64,000 nt of DNA from Steroidobacteraceae bacterium (GTDB taxonomy: Bacteria > Pseudomonadota > Gammaproteobacteria > Steroidobacterales > Steroidobacteraceae), in assembly GCA_035275585.1 (NCBI GenBank), contig DATEML010000013.1, forward strand, positions 47,983-111,982. Direction: 5' to 3'. A model generated the notes under the pieces. That model worked only from the letters and a program-made list of their open reading frames with translations, was not told the origin of the DNA and did not search any database. The first letter of the stretch is position 1; every line of letters starts with the position of its first letter. A program made the position numbers and the translations under genes. Positions 1 to 9,558 of the stretch are shown in pieces.

Positions 1-193
1 TGAAGTGGTCGCGGAGCTGCGCACGCAGCTGCCGTCATTGCCGGTGATCGTGGCCACCGGTTACGGCGACCTGCCGGAACACGCTGCGTTACGCAACGAC
101 CCGCACATTCGCTTCATGTCGAAGCCGTACGACGTCGACGGACTCACGGCCGCGCTGCGTAGCCTGCACGTGAAGACGAAGGAAATGAGGTGA
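1..193 (+). CDS. C-terminal part of a response-regulator receiver (REC) domain, probably of a hybrid kinase; 5' truncated by the window edge
   Basis: Translation ...LPVIVATGYGD...FMSKPYDVDGL shows the REC beta4 T-G-Y and KP motifs. Confidence 0.75.
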   Translation, partial: EVVAELRTQLPSLPVIVATGYGDLPEHAALRNDPHIRFMSKPYDVDGLTAALRSLHVKTKEMR

Positions 194-194
194 G

Positions 195-590
195 CTACTG
201 CGGTATCACCGCAGTTGCTTCGATCTCGACCTTCGCCCCCTGCTCCAGCAGCGCTGCGATCCCCACGACCGACATCGACGGGTAGTGCCGGCCGATCACG
301 TCGCGGTACGCGGCGCCGATCTCCTTGAGCTCGGCGCGATATTCGTCGAGGTTCGTGACGAACCAGGTGAGGCGAACCAGATGCTCGGGACGGCCGCCTG
401 CCTGCGCGAGCAGGACGACGATGTTCTGCAGCGCCTGTCGCACTTGCACGGCGAAGCGGCTGCTGACCACCTGCTGCGATTCGTTCCAGCCGATCTGGCC
501 GGCGAGATAGATCTGCCGGCCGCTCGCGGCCACGCCGTTCGAATAACCCTTCGGGGCGATCCACCCCGGTGGCTGCAGGAATTCGCTCAT
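195..590 (-). CDS. RidA/YjgF/UK114 family protein
   Basis: [28 protein letters not shown]...KVEIEATAVIP; stop/start overlap with the upstream hydratase. Confidence 0.9.
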   Translation of the reverse strand: MSEFLQPPGWIAPKGYSNGVAASGRQIYLAGQIGWNESQQVVSSRFAVQVRQALQNIVVLLAQAGGRPEHLVRLTWFVTNLDEYRAELKEIGAAYRDVIGRHYPSMSVVGIAALLEQGAKVEIEATAVIPQ

Positions 591-1384
591 CAGTTGCCCT
601 CGAATACGGGTTTCTGCTTTGCCAGAAAGGCGCGGTAGGCGCGCCGGAAATCCTCGGTGTGCATGCACAGCGCCTGCGCCTGCGCCTCCGCTTCGATCGC
701 CTGCTCCAGGCTCATGCTCCACTCCTGGTTCAGCATCGTCTTGGTGATGCCGTTCGCGAACGACGGGCCGGCTGCGAGCTCCTGCGCGAGCTGCGTCGCG
801 ACGTCTGCCAGCTGTTCCGGCGCCGCGAGGCGATTGAAGAATCCCCACTGCAACGCTTCCTCGCCGCCCATGCTGCGCCCCAGATACAGCAGCTCAGCGG
901 CGCGCCCCTGGCCGATGATGCGCGGCAGGATCGCGCACGCGCCCATATCGCAGCCCGCGAGCCCGACGCGATTGAAGAGAAACGAGGTGCGCGAGCGCGC
1001 CGTGCCCACGCGCAGATCGCTGACCATCGCGATGATCGCGCCTGCACCCGCGCACACACCGTCGACCGCCGCGACGATCGTCTGCGGACAACCGCGCATC
1101 GCCTTGACCAGGTCGCCAGTCATGCGCGTGAACGCGAGCAGGCCGGTCGTATCCATCTTCGTGAGCGGACCGATGATGTCGTGCACGTCGCCGCCCGAGC
1201 AGAAGTTGTCGCCGGCGCCGCTGATGACGATCGCCTTGACGGCCGGCTGGCCGGCCAGCGAACCGAACAGGTCGCGCAGCTCCGCATACGATTCGAACGT
1301 GAGCGGGTTCTTGCGCTCCGGCCGGTTCAGCACGACGCGTCCGAGCGCGCCATCGACCGACCACTGGAAATGCGAAACTTGCAT
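590..1384 (-). CDS. Enoyl-CoA hydratase/isomerase family protein
   Basis: [33 protein letters not shown] crotonase motifs; start may be GTG at 1393. Confidence 0.9.
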   Translation of the reverse strand: MQVSHFQWSVDGALGRVVLNRPERKNPLTFESYAELRDLFGSLAGQPAVKAIVISGAGDNFCSGGDVHDIIGPLTKMDTTGLLAFTRMTGDLVKAMRGCPQTIVAAVDGVCAGAGAIIAMVSDLRVGTARSRTSFLFNRVGLAGCDMGACAILPRIIGQGRAAELLYLGRSMGGEEALQWGFFNRLAAPEQLADVATQLAQELAAGPSFANGITKTMLNQEWSMSLEQAIEAEAQAQALCMHTEDFRRAYRAFLAKQKPVFEGN

Positions 1385-1389
1385 GGTCG

Positions 1390-1899
1390 TCACCCCGTTG
1401 CGCGCTCGTCGAGCGGAACATTGTCGAGGATGTGTTTCTTGAGCGTGTGCAGCTGCTCGGCGAGCGAGCGCGCATCGCGCGCCGACAGTCCGGCGAACAG
1501 CTCCGCGATCCAGCGCTCGTGCTCGGTGGCCATTGCGCGGAACACGCGACGGCCTTCGCGCGTGAGCTTGACCCGCAATGCGCGCCGGTCCGCACCATCG
1601 GACTCGCGCACCACCAGGCCCTCGTCTTCGAGATTGTCCGTCAGGCCGGTGACGTTGCCGCCGGTGACCATCAGCCGGCTCGACAACTCGCTCATGCGCA
1701 AACCCTGCGGTGAGCGGTCGAGCTGCGCCATCAGATCGAAGCGCGGCAAGGTCGTGCCGAAGCGCGCCTGCAAGCGCCGGCGTACGCGGCTTTCGACCAG
1801 GCTCGTGCAGGCGTAGAGCCGCAGCCACAGGCGCAGTGCGTGATGGTCGTCGCTCGTCGCGCGCGTTTCTGCATCGCTCGGTCGAGTGTCGACGCTCAC
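1390..1899 (-). CDS. MarR family transcriptional regulator
   Basis: LRLWLRL...[11 protein letters not shown]...[35 protein letters not shown] winged helix; GTG start overlapping the SDR stop. Confidence 0.9.
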   Translation of the reverse strand: MSVDTRPSDAETRATSDDHHALRLWLRLYACTSLVESRVRRRLQARFGTTLPRFDLMAQLDRSPQGLRMSELSSRLMVTGGNVTGLTDNLEDEGLVVRESDGADRRALRVKLTREGRRVFRAMATEHERWIAELFAGLSARDARSLAEQLHTLKKHILDNVPLDERATG

Positions 1900-2672
1900 A
1901 TCAACTCTCCGCCCGCTACTGCGATGCTTTGCCCCGTGATGCTGCCGACGTCGTTCGTGCACAGCCACAGCACGGTCTGCGCGACTTCCTCCGACGAAAC
2001 CATGCGCCCCTGCGGGTTGTGTGCGGTGAAGATCGCGCGTACTTCGGCTTCTGGACGGCCCGTCTTGGCCTGGATGGCTGCGATGGCGTCGCGCGAGAGA
2101 TCCGTGTCCGTGTAGCCAGGGCACACCGCATTCACCGTGATGTTCTTGCGCGCAAGTTCGATCGCGAGCGCACGCGTCAGGCCGATCACCCCATGCTTGG
2201 CCGCGCAGTAGGCGGTGACATAAGCATAGCCCGTCAGACCCGCCGTACTCGCGATGTTGACGATCCGCCCGCGCTCCGCCTGCAGCATGTCCGGCAGTGC
2301 GCAGCGAATGCATCGATAGACGCCGTGCAGATTGACCGCGAGCATCTCGTTCCACAGCGACTCGTCCCCGACGTGCAACGGCGCGCTGCGCGCCTGGCCG
2401 GCGTTGTTGACCAGGACCGTCACGGGACCAAATCGCTCCCGCGCACGCGCGAAGGCCGCTTGCAGCGTCGCGCCGTCGGTCACATCGGCAACTGCTGCGC
2501 ATGTTTCCGCGCTGGGACCCAGCTCTGCCGCGACTTTCTCGAGCGATTCGCGATTGCGACCGAGCAAGCTGATCCTGGCGCCCTTCGATGCCAGCGCGTG
2601 AGCGATTGCTGCACCGATGCCGCGGCCGGCGCCGGTGATGACCGCATGTTCGGCGCGCAGCGAGTTCGTCAT
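1896..2672 (-). CDS. SDR family oxidoreductase (3-hydroxyacyl-CoA dehydrogenase-like)
   Basis: [17 protein letters not shown] (YxxxK), VNAVCPG motifs. Confidence 0.92.
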   Translation of the reverse strand: MTNSLRAEHAVITGAGRGIGAAIAHALASKGARISLLGRNRESLEKVAAELGPSAETCAAVADVTDGATLQAAFARARERFGPVTVLVNNAGQARSAPLHVGDESLWNEMLAVNLHGVYRCIRCALPDMLQAERGRIVNIASTAGLTGYAYVTAYCAAKHGVIGLTRALAIELARKNITVNAVCPGYTDTDLSRDAIAAIQAKTGRPEAEVRAIFTAHNPQGRMVSSEEVAQTVLWLCTNDVGSITGQSIAVAGGELM

Positions 2673-4954
2673 ACAGCACCCGCGAGCAGCGCAGCGCGCT
2701 GCAGATTGCGTTCCAATTGACTCTTGCCCGGCAGGTACTGCTGCGGCCACCACTGCTCGGAGTGCTTGAGCTGCGCGGCAGCCTGCAATGTCCAGCTCGG
2801 ATTGGCGAGATGCGGCCGTGCGACGGCACACAGATCGGCGCGGCCGGACGCGACGATCGAGTTCACGTGATCGGGCTCGTAGATGTTGCCGACGGCGATC
2901 GTCGGAATCTTGAGCGTGTTGCGGATGAAGTCGGAGAACGGCGTCTGGTACATGCGTCCGTAAACCGGCTTCTGCCACGGCACGGTTTGGCCCGTCGACA
3001 CGTCGAGAAGATCCGCACCTGCCTCATGCAACGCGCGGGCTATCGCGATGAGATCTTCGTCGCACAGACCGCCCTGTGCCCAATCGCTGGCAGAGATTCT
3101 GACCGAGAGCGGCATCCCTGCCGGCATCACCGCGCGCACGGCGCGGACGACTTCCGTCGGAAAGCGGACGCGGTTTTCAACGGTGCCGCCGTATCGGTCG
3201 GTCCGCTGATTCGTCAGCGGCGACAGGAAACTCGCGAGCAGGTAGCCGTGCGCCATGTGCAGCTCGATCATGTCGAAGCCCGCCTGCAGCCCGAGCCGGG
3301 CTGCGGTGACGAATTCCGCGGTGATCGTAGCGATGTCCTGCTCGCTCGCCTCCTTGGGCACCTGGCTCACGCCTTCGATGTACGGCAGCGGCGAGGCGGA
3401 AATGATCGGCCAGTTGTCAGCAGCCAGCGGGTAGTCGGCCTCTTCCCAGCCAAGCTGCGTCGAACCTTTGCGTCCCGAGTGTCCGAGCTGCAGGCAGAAT
3501 TTCGCCTGCGTGTGTTCGTGCACGAAGTCGACGATGCGTCGCCACGCATCGCGTTGTGTCTCGTTCCACAGCCCGGTGCATCCGGGCGAGATGCGCCCAC
3601 GCGGCGACACACAGGTCATTTCGCTGACGACGAGAGCAGCGCCGCCGGTCGCTCGTGAACCGTAGTGCACGAGATGCCAATCGTTCGGCACGCCGTCGAG
3701 CGCCGAGTACTGTGCCATCGGCGAGACCACGACGCGATTGGCGAGCTCCAGCTCGCGCAGCTTGAACGGCAGGAACATCGGCGCACAGTTGCCATCCGCG
3801 ACCCCGGCTTGCTGCGCCAGGGTGCGCTCGATGTCGCTGACGAACCCTGCATCGCGCAGCTTGAGGTTGTCGTGCCCGATGCGCTGGCTGCCCGTCAGCA
3901 GGCTGTACGTGAACTGCAGCGGCTCGAGGTGCGTGTAACGCGCCACGTTCTCGAACCACTCCATGCGATTGCGCGCCGCGCTCTGCAGTTTCAGTGCTTC
4001 GAGCTCGCGCTCTTCCTGGTAGCGCTGCAGCGCGCCGCTCACGTCCCCGCCGCGGGCGACTTCGCGACTCAGCGCAATCGCATCTTCCATCGCCAGCTTC
4101 GTGCCCGAGCCGATGGAGAAGTGGGCCGTGTGCGCGGCGTCGCCGATCAACACGATGTTCCGTGTGAACCAGCGCCGGCACAGTACGCGGTTGAAGTTCA
4201 GCCAGGCCGAGCCGCGCAGATGCCGGGCGTTGCTCATCAGGCTCGCGCCGCCAAAGTACTTGCCGAACAGCCGCTCGGCGAACTCGATCGATTGGTCGGT
4301 TGTCGCGCGGTCGAGTCCATGCGCGAGCCACGTCTCCTCGCGCGTCTCGACGATCACGGTCGAGAGGTCCTTGCTGAACTGGTACGCGTGGATCTGAAAC
4401 CAGCCGTGCTCGGTGCGCTCGAATGCGAACGTGAACGCCGGAAAGCGTTGTTTCGTGCCGAGCCAGATGAAGCGGCACTTGCGCACGTCGACGTTGGGCT
4501 CGAAAGCCGCTGCGTACTGCTGGCGCACCCGGCTGTTGACGCCGTCGGAGGCGATCAGCAGATCCGCATCCGCAAACTCCGCCTCGTCGCGAACCTCGTG
4601 CCGAAAGGTCTGCTCGACACCGAGGCTCGCCGCCCGCTCCTGCAGGATGTTGAGCAGCCGCTTGCGCTCGATGCCGGCGAAGCCGTGTCCGCTGGTGCGG
4701 ATCATGGCGCCGCGCAGATGCACGTCGATGTCATCCCAGTGATGGAAGCTGTCGACGATGGCGGCATGGGAAGGCGCGTCCGCCTCGGCGAATCCGGCCA
4801 TCGTCTGGTCCGAGAACACCACGCCCCAGCCGAAGGTGTCGTCCGGCCGGTTGCGCTCGTAGACCTCGATACGGGTGCGCGGCAGCGCCTGCTTCAGCAG
4901 GATCGCCGAGTACAGGCCCGCCGGCCCGCCGCCCATGCAGACGATGCGCTTCAC
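2669..4954 (-). CDS. abmA: Bifunctional anthraniloyl-CoA monooxygenase/reductase (salicylyl-CoA 5-hydroxylase/oxidoreductase)
   Basis: N-terminal FAD monooxygenase ([39 protein letters not shown]) fused to an Old Yellow Enzyme domain ([25 protein letters not shown]); GTG start at 4954 chosen because the 4990 TTG is the -35 box. Confidence 0.88.
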   Translation of the reverse strand: MKRIVCMGGGPAGLYSAILLKQALPRTRIEVYERNRPDDTFGWGVVFSDQTMAGFAEADAPSHAAIVDSFHHWDDIDVHLRGAMIRTSGHGFAGIERKRLLNILQERAASLGVEQTFRHEVRDEAEFADADLLIASDGVNSRVRQQYAAAFEPNVDVRKCRFIWLGTKQRFPAFTFAFERTEHGWFQIHAYQFSKDLSTVIVETREETWLAHGLDRATTDQSIEFAERLFGKYFGGASLMSNARHLRGSAWLNFNRVLCRRWFTRNIVLIGDAAHTAHFSIGSGTKLAMEDAIALSREVARGGDVSGALQRYQEERELEALKLQSAARNRMEWFENVARYTHLEPLQFTYSLLTGSQRIGHDNLKLRDAGFVSDIERTLAQQAGVADGNCAPMFLPFKLRELELANRVVVSPMAQYSALDGVPNDWHLVHYGSRATGGAALVVSEMTCVSPRGRISPGCTGLWNETQRDAWRRIVDFVHEHTQAKFCLQLGHSGRKGSTQLGWEEADYPLAADNWPIISASPLPYIEGVSQVPKEASEQDIATITAEFVTAARLGLQAGFDMIELHMAHGYLLASFLSPLTNQRTDRYGGTVENRVRFPTEVVRAVRAVMPAGMPLSVRISASDWAQGGLCDEDLIAIARALHEAGADLLDVSTGQTVPWQKPVYGRMYQTPFSDFIRNTLKIPTIAVGNIYEPDHVNSIVASGRADLCAVARPHLANPSWTLQAAAQLKHSEQWWPQQYLPGKSQLERNLQRAALLAGAV

Positions 4955-4961
4955 GCGCTGA

Positions 4962-4999
4962 ACTTTAGGACTTGGTAATTTAGATGTCAATCAATTGAC
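4962..4999 (-). promoter_or_regulatory. Sigma70 promoter of the abmA operon with an overlapping palindrome
   Basis: Minus strand TTGACA(4990-4985)-17 nt-TAAAGT(4967-4962); inverted repeat GTCAAT-CA-ATTGAC at 4986-4999. Confidence 0.7.
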
Positions 5000-5020
5000 C
5001 CGGTTTGGGTGTGGATGGGT

Positions 5021-5042
5021 GTGGGTCAGGCTTCAGCCTGAC
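5021..5042 (+). repeat. REP-like palindrome
   Basis: GTGG-GTCAGGC-TTCA-GCCTGAC; same stem recurs at 11504 and 19827. Confidence 0.65.
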
Positions 5043-5094
5043 TCCGGTTTCCCCAAGTGGGCAGCGCGCGCTGCCTCGTGTACATTTCCCGCCC

Positions 5095-5781
5095 ATGCCA
5101 TACATCTTCCCCCCGCCACCGACTCCCGCCGTCGCGATCAAGGGCCGCGCCGAACTGTTCCCTGTCCACCGCATCTATTGCGTCGGCCGCAACTACGCTG
5201 CCCACGCACGCGAGATGGGCGCCAACCCGGACCGTGAGCCGCCGTTCTTCTTCACCAAGCCGGCCACCGCGCTCGTGCCGAACCACGCGCGCGTCCCCTA
5301 CCCGTCCCACACGAACAATTTCCATCACGAGATCGAGCTGGTGGTCGCGATCGGCAAGGGCGGCCGGGACATCGCGGCCGCGCAGGCACTCGACCATGTC
5401 TACGGCTATGCCGTGGGCAACGACCTCACGCGTCGCGACCTGCAGTCCGACGCGAAAGATCACGGCCGGCCGTGGGATACCAGCAAGGGCTTCGATCACT
5501 CCGCAGTCATCAGCGCGATCACCCCGGCGGCACAGTCCGGGCATCTGCGCAGTGGGCGGATCTGGCTGAAGGTCAATGGTCAGCCGCGGCAGCAGGCGGA
5601 TCTGTCGGAGCTGATCTGGAGCGTGCCCGAAGTGATCGCGGAGTTGTCCACCCTGTTCGAGCTGCAGCCCGGCGACCTCATTTATACCGGGACACCCGCC
5701 GGTGTCGGCGCGCTGAAGCGCGGCGATCGCCTCGAAGGCGGCATCGACGGCCTCGACGAGCTCGTCACGACAATCGAATGA
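5095..5781 (+). CDS. Fumarylacetoacetate hydrolase family protein (fumarylpyruvate hydrolase-like)
   Basis: RIYCVGRNYAAH, FFFTKP, HHEIELVV, DLTRRDLQ, GDLIYTGTPAGVG. Confidence 0.92.
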   Translation: MPYIFPPPPTPAVAIKGRAELFPVHRIYCVGRNYAAHAREMGANPDREPPFFFTKPATALVPNHARVPYPSHTNNFHHEIELVVAIGKGGRDIAAAQALDHVYGYAVGNDLTRRDLQSDAKDHGRPWDTSKGFDHSAVISAITPAAQSGHLRSGRIWLKVNGQPRQQADLSELIWSVPEVIAELSTLFELQPGDLIYTGTPAGVGALKRGDRLEGGIDGLDELVTTIE

Positions 5782-6635
5782 TCATGCGTATCGCACCGGC
5801 CCTCTGCACGATCGCCCTCCTCGGCACATCGTTCGCTTGCAGCGCGGCGGACGAAGAGTGGATCCAGCTGTTCAACGGCCGCGACCTGAGCGGCTGGACG
5901 CCCAAGGTGTCGCACTATGAGCTGGGCAACAATTTCGGCAAGACGTTCCGCGTCGAGGACGGCCTGCTGCAGGTCCGCTACGACCAGTACCAGGACGGCT
6001 TCAATACACGCTTCGGCCACCTGTTCTACGCAAAGCCCTACTCCTATTATCGGCTGCGCATCGAGTACCGCTTCGTCGGCAAGCAGATCGCAAAAGGACC
6101 CGGTGCCTGGGCGAATCGCAACAGCGGCATCATGTTCCATGCGCAGCCGCCGCAGACGATGACGAAAGAGCAGGACTTTCCGATCTCGATCGAGGCCCAG
6201 CTGCTCGGCGGCTTGAGCGACGGCAAGACGCGGCCGACGGCCAACATGTGCTCGCCCGGGACGGAAGTGGTCATCAACGGCGCGCTGTACCCGAAGCATT
6301 GCCTCGACTCTGCGGGGAAGACGTATGACGGCGACCAATGGGTGCAGATGGAGATCATCGTGCTCGGCGATGCGTTGGTCACACACCTCGTGAACGGCCA
6401 GAAGGTACTCGAGTATTCGCTGCCGCAGATCGGCGGCGGCGTGGTCGCAAACTTCGATCCGAAGGCCAAGCGGGATGGCGAGCTCCTGACCGGCGGCTAC
6501 ATCGCGCTGCAGAGCGAATCGAGCCCGCTCGACGTGCGCAGGATAGAACTGTTGAATTTGTCGGGCTGCATGGATCGCAACAACGCCAGCTACCGCCCGT
6601 ACTTCGTGCATTCGGATCCCGCGAGCTGCAAATAG
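5778..6635 (+). CDS. DUF1080 (3-keto-disaccharide hydrolase-like) secreted protein
   Basis: Signal peptide, WIQLFNGRDLSGW, NSGIMFH, SIEAQLLGG, GYIALQSE. Confidence 0.85.
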   Translation: MIMRIAPALCTIALLGTSFACSAADEEWIQLFNGRDLSGWTPKVSHYELGNNFGKTFRVEDGLLQVRYDQYQDGFNTRFGHLFYAKPYSYYRLRIEYRFVGKQIAKGPGAWANRNSGIMFHAQPPQTMTKEQDFPISIEAQLLGGLSDGKTRPTANMCSPGTEVVINGALYPKHCLDSAGKTYDGDQWVQMEIIVLGDALVTHLVNGQKVLEYSLPQIGGGVVANFDPKAKRDGELLTGGYIALQSESSPLDVRRIELLNLSGCMDRNNASYRPYFVHSDPASCK

Positions 6636-6747
6636 TCCGGCACCGGACATAACTCCTTCCGGATCCGATTGCCCCCGATTGACTGCGCGTCGACGCCGGC
6701 GATAGGGTAAGCGCCGCACGGAGCGAACACACGAATAACAATGACAC

Positions 6748-6773
6748 TGCGGAGCCGCAAGATCATTGGCGCC
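6748..6773 (+). mobile_element. Degenerate right half of an attC-like site just upstream of the 6779 start
   Basis: CTGCGGAGCCGCAAGATCATTGGCG resembles the GAGCCGC..GTTRRRY right arm, but GTT is read as ATT. Confidence 0.3.
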
Positions 6774-6778
6774 AATGC

Positions 6779-7201
6779 ATGAGCGATGTATCACACCGCT
6801 ACTCCCCTCCGTCCTCTGATGTTGGCAACGCATCTGAGCACCAGTCGCCGCGACTCGGCATGCTCAGAGTAGTTGCAGCGTTCTTGATGCTCTATGCGGG
6901 GTACATCGCCACATTCGCCGTCCAGTCGCAGAGCATCGTCGATGCGCTGCTCGCCGCCTTGCTAGCGGTTACTGCCATTGGCTTGTGGCTTCGGAGGCAG
7001 TGGTCTCAATACCTGGTGTACGCGATTTCGGCTGCGCTGGTCGTGTTCTGGCTCGTACAAATGCAATCCCTGATAGCCAGTGGCTGGCCCTATCAGGATC
7101 GCGTCAGATCCTTCGTTTCCGCTGCCATCCTCTGTGTGCCTCTTATGTTTGGAGTTGGCATTGGTGTTCACGTCTTCAGAGTGTTTCGCCGCAAGCGCTA
7201 A
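6779..7201 (+). CDS. Hypothetical membrane protein, about 4 TM segments, cassette-like
   Basis: 140 aa ORF with four hydrophobic stretches; its stop TAA lies inside CGCTAAC. Confidence 0.7.
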   Translation: MSDVSHRYSPPSSDVGNASEHQSPRLGMLRVVAAFLMLYAGYIATFAVQSQSIVDALLAALLAVTAIGLWLRRQWSQYLVYAISAALVVFWLVQMQSLIASGWPYQDRVRSFVSAAILCVPLMFGVGIGVHVFRVFRRKR

Positions 7202-7245
7202 CAAGCGGCTGCAGCTAACAGCGGGTGCCCTGATGCTGGCTGTAT
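7195..7245 (+). mobile_element. Left half of an integron attC-like site
   Basis: CGCTAACAAGCGGCTGCAGCTAACAGCGG..: YAAC core overlapping the stop codon, followed by the AAGCGGCTGCAGC arm typical of attC; the complementary arm is missing. Confidence 0.5.
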
Positions 7246-7287
7246 CGCTATGGGGCTCGGTCGAGCGCTGGACCATAGTGCTATGAC

Positions 7288-7424
7288 GCAGGCCGGCCGA
7301 AGGCGATGACGCGGCCGATGCAGCTCTCGAGGCTATTGCTGTCAGCCCTGAGCACCTCCGCGGGTTGAAGGAGATGCGCGAAGCCGCCGACGCCGAGCGA
7401 GTGGACCGAACCAAGAAGAAATAG
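7288..7424 (+). pseudogene. Start-less 3' remnant of a gene
   Basis: Open frame ..EGDDAADAALEAIAVSPEHLRGLKEMREAADAERVDRTKKK* preceded by an in-frame TGA and no start codon. Confidence 0.35.
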
Positions 7425-7472
7425 ACCGCTCTCGAATCGAACATCGAACAAGACCAACTGGGAGGTCGCAAA

Positions 7473-7811
7473 ATGAAGCTCATTGGACTGGTGGTTCTGC
7501 TGGCGCTATTGGGTTCACTCGTCGGGTGCGGCAAGCCGGTTCCCGCGGAGAAGTCTGCCTATGTCGGCGAGTGGCAAACCAGGACCATGTACTTGCTGAT
7601 CACGCAGGATGGTTCGGTCCGCTACAAGCGACTCAAGGGTGGAGCCTCCACCTCTGTGGAAGGCCCACTCAAAGGCTTCACTGGAAACGACTTCGAAGTA
7701 GGCGTCGGGCCGATGGCAACAACCTTTGTCGTCAGCAAGCCGCCTTACCAAGACGGCGAAAGATGGAAGATGGTCGTGGACGGAGTCGAGCTGGTGAAGA
7801 CGGCCGACTAG
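7473..7811 (+). CDS. Hypothetical lipoprotein
   Basis: GGAGG RBS, lipobox LVGC, beta-rich mature part. Confidence 0.8.
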   Translation: MKLIGLVVLLALLGSLVGCGKPVPAEKSAYVGEWQTRTMYLLITQDGSVRYKRLKGGASTSVEGPLKGFTGNDFEVGVGPMATTFVVSKPPYQDGERWKMVVDGVELVKTAD

Positions 7812-8345
7812 ATGCGTTCAATAAGCACACTTCTGCTCCTGCTCCTGAGCAGCGTATCCGCTCTGGCCCAGGATCCGGTTGCACCCGAAAAGCTCTCTCT
7901 GGCGAAATCCATATGGGAGCCCTCGTTCCGAGAGGTGAAATACTCGGATTTGATCGAGGCATACGACGCCTATCGAGCTGCCAAAGGCATCTCCACGCCG
8001 CGGGCCATTCCGAGTCAGGAGCGGTTCGAGATGTCCAAAGAGCTGGTGTACGAAACGCTGGCAGAGGTGCTCACCGAAAGCGACCTGCAGCTGCAGCGGC
8101 GAATGTTTCAGACGGCTGTAGGCGCACGCACGTTGTCGAACGTTGCTCGCGTCATCGGAGGTTTGCCCGCCCTGCCGATCGCGCATGATCAATTCACGCA
8201 AGCGCAGTGGACGGAATGGGAGACATTTGTCTTCACCAATAGTGCTCACATGGGCGAGATGCAAAAGCGGATGTCCGCATTTCCGCAAACTCTCGCGGCG
8301 AAGAGCGCACGTCTGCCGCCGCTCGTGCCCGATGACAAGAAGTAG
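7812..8345 (+). CDS. Secreted hypothetical protein, weakly DUF2059-like
   Basis: Signal peptide (SALA-Q); LTESDLQLQRRMFQTAVG resembles the DUF2059 helix pair; abuts the upstream stop. Confidence 0.6.
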   Translation: MRSISTLLLLLLSSVSALAQDPVAPEKLSLAKSIWEPSFREVKYSDLIEAYDAYRAAKGISTPRAIPSQERFEMSKELVYETLAEVLTESDLQLQRRMFQTAVGARTLSNVARVIGGLPALPIAHDQFTQAQWTEWETFVFTNSAHMGEMQKRMSAFPQTLAAKSARLPPLVPDDKK

Positions 8346-8360
8346 CACCGGGAGAAGCGC

Positions 8361-8834
8361 GTGACTCGGAATGATCTGTTGGCGGTTCTGTGCATGCTCC
8401 TCATGGGCGAATCCGTAACAGCTCAATCTACGTCCGGCCCTTTATCGCTGGCGCAAGGCACCTATCGACTCGAGGGACGATGCATCGCCATGAAGGACGG
8501 CACAAAGGATGAAACCGCGCAATGCCTTGGAAGGTCTGTGATCGTCGCCAAGGATCCCGCTCGCCCCACGTTTGTATTTGTCAGGACCGACGGCATCTGG
8601 GCTTTCGTGAGCGCGGGAGATCCCGTCTACTCCAACGGGGCGCAGACAGCCACCTTTCCCGTTTCTCGACTCTTGGTCTCAGCAGAAAAAGGCTTGTACC
8701 TCCCAGGGGAATGCGTGCTGAACGCCGACAGCCATCCAACCCTCCGCTGCACTATCTGGCTCAAGGACGGGAAAGAGGTTGCCGCAACCTTCGATGGCGA
8801 TGGCGCCTGGTCGTTTTCCCGGGACGCAAAGTGA
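8361..8834 (+). CDS. Secreted hypothetical protein, Cys-containing beta-rich
   Basis: GGAGA RBS + GTG; signal peptide; four Cys in the mature part. Confidence 0.6.
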   Translation: MTRNDLLAVLCMLLMGESVTAQSTSGPLSLAQGTYRLEGRCIAMKDGTKDETAQCLGRSVIVAKDPARPTFVFVRTDGIWAFVSAGDPVYSNGAQTATFPVSRLLVSAEKGLYLPGECVLNADSHPTLRCTIWLKDGKEVAATFDGDGAWSFSRDAK

Positions 8835-8852
8835 GTCTGGGAAAGAATCCCT

Positions 8853-9086
8853 ATGCACAAATGGGCAATCGTTCTCGGTATACCGGCCGTCGTGGCGATC
8901 GGTATTCTCATCAATGAATATCCTGAGTACTGGTGGGTAGCGTTGGCTCTGCCACTCGCGCTGGTCAGGTACATGATGCGCAGGACTGTGGCTGAGACGC
9001 CGGCTCCTCCCAAGAGCAAGGACCCGGGGTTCACGGATCAAAGCCACACTGCCTCTGCGAGTCGTGAGGAGAACCCTCGCGGTTGA
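8853..9086 (+). CDS. Small membrane protein (2 TM)
   Basis: 77 aa with two hydrophobic segments and a hydrophilic tail. Confidence 0.55.
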   Translation: MHKWAIVLGIPAVVAIGILINEYPEYWWVALALPLALVRYMMRRTVAETPAPPKSKDPGFTDQSHTASASREENPRG

Positions 9087-9087
9087 T

Positions 9088-9525
9088 ATGAAGAAACTCG
9101 CGCTCGTAGCCATCGTCCTGGCCGCCGTCTATTTCGGCGGCGTAGAAACGGGATTCATCCCGGGGCGGCACGACACCGGCACTGAAACCAGCAGCGCCGA
9201 TCAGCTATCGGCGGCGTTCGAGAGCCATCGAAGCAACGTTCAGGTCGAAGGCAGTGGCCGGGTCACGAGAGTTCTGCCGGACGACAACGATGGCAGCCGT
9301 CACCAGCGATTCATCGTTCAGTTGGGCACCGGACAAACAGTGCTGGTGGCGCACAATATCGACCTGGCTGCTCGGGTTGCGTCGCTGAAGGCGGGAGACC
9401 GTGTCGAGTTCAACGGCGAGTACGAATGGAATGAGCGCGGTGGCGTCATCCATTGGACGCATCGCGATCCGCAACGCCGCCATGTGGACGGGTGGATCAA
9501 GCACGACGGTCGTACGTATCAATGA
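9088..9525 (+). CDS. DUF3465 domain protein
   Basis: VEGSGRVTRVLPDDNDGSRHQRFI..LVAHNIDLA..GEYEWNERGGVIHWTHRDP. Confidence 0.88.
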   Translation: MKKLALVAIVLAAVYFGGVETGFIPGRHDTGTETSSADQLSAAFESHRSNVQVEGSGRVTRVLPDDNDGSRHQRFIVQLGTGQTVLVAHNIDLAARVASLKAGDRVEFNGEYEWNERGGVIHWTHRDPQRRHVDGWIKHDGRTYQ

Positions 9526-9551
9526 GGTGCCGTCCCGGAAAGGACGGCACC
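9526..9551. terminator. Hairpin between convergent genes
   Basis: GGTGCCGTCC-CGGAAA-GGACGGCACC, 10-bp perfect stem. Confidence 0.7.
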
Positions 9552-9558
9552 TGAGACC

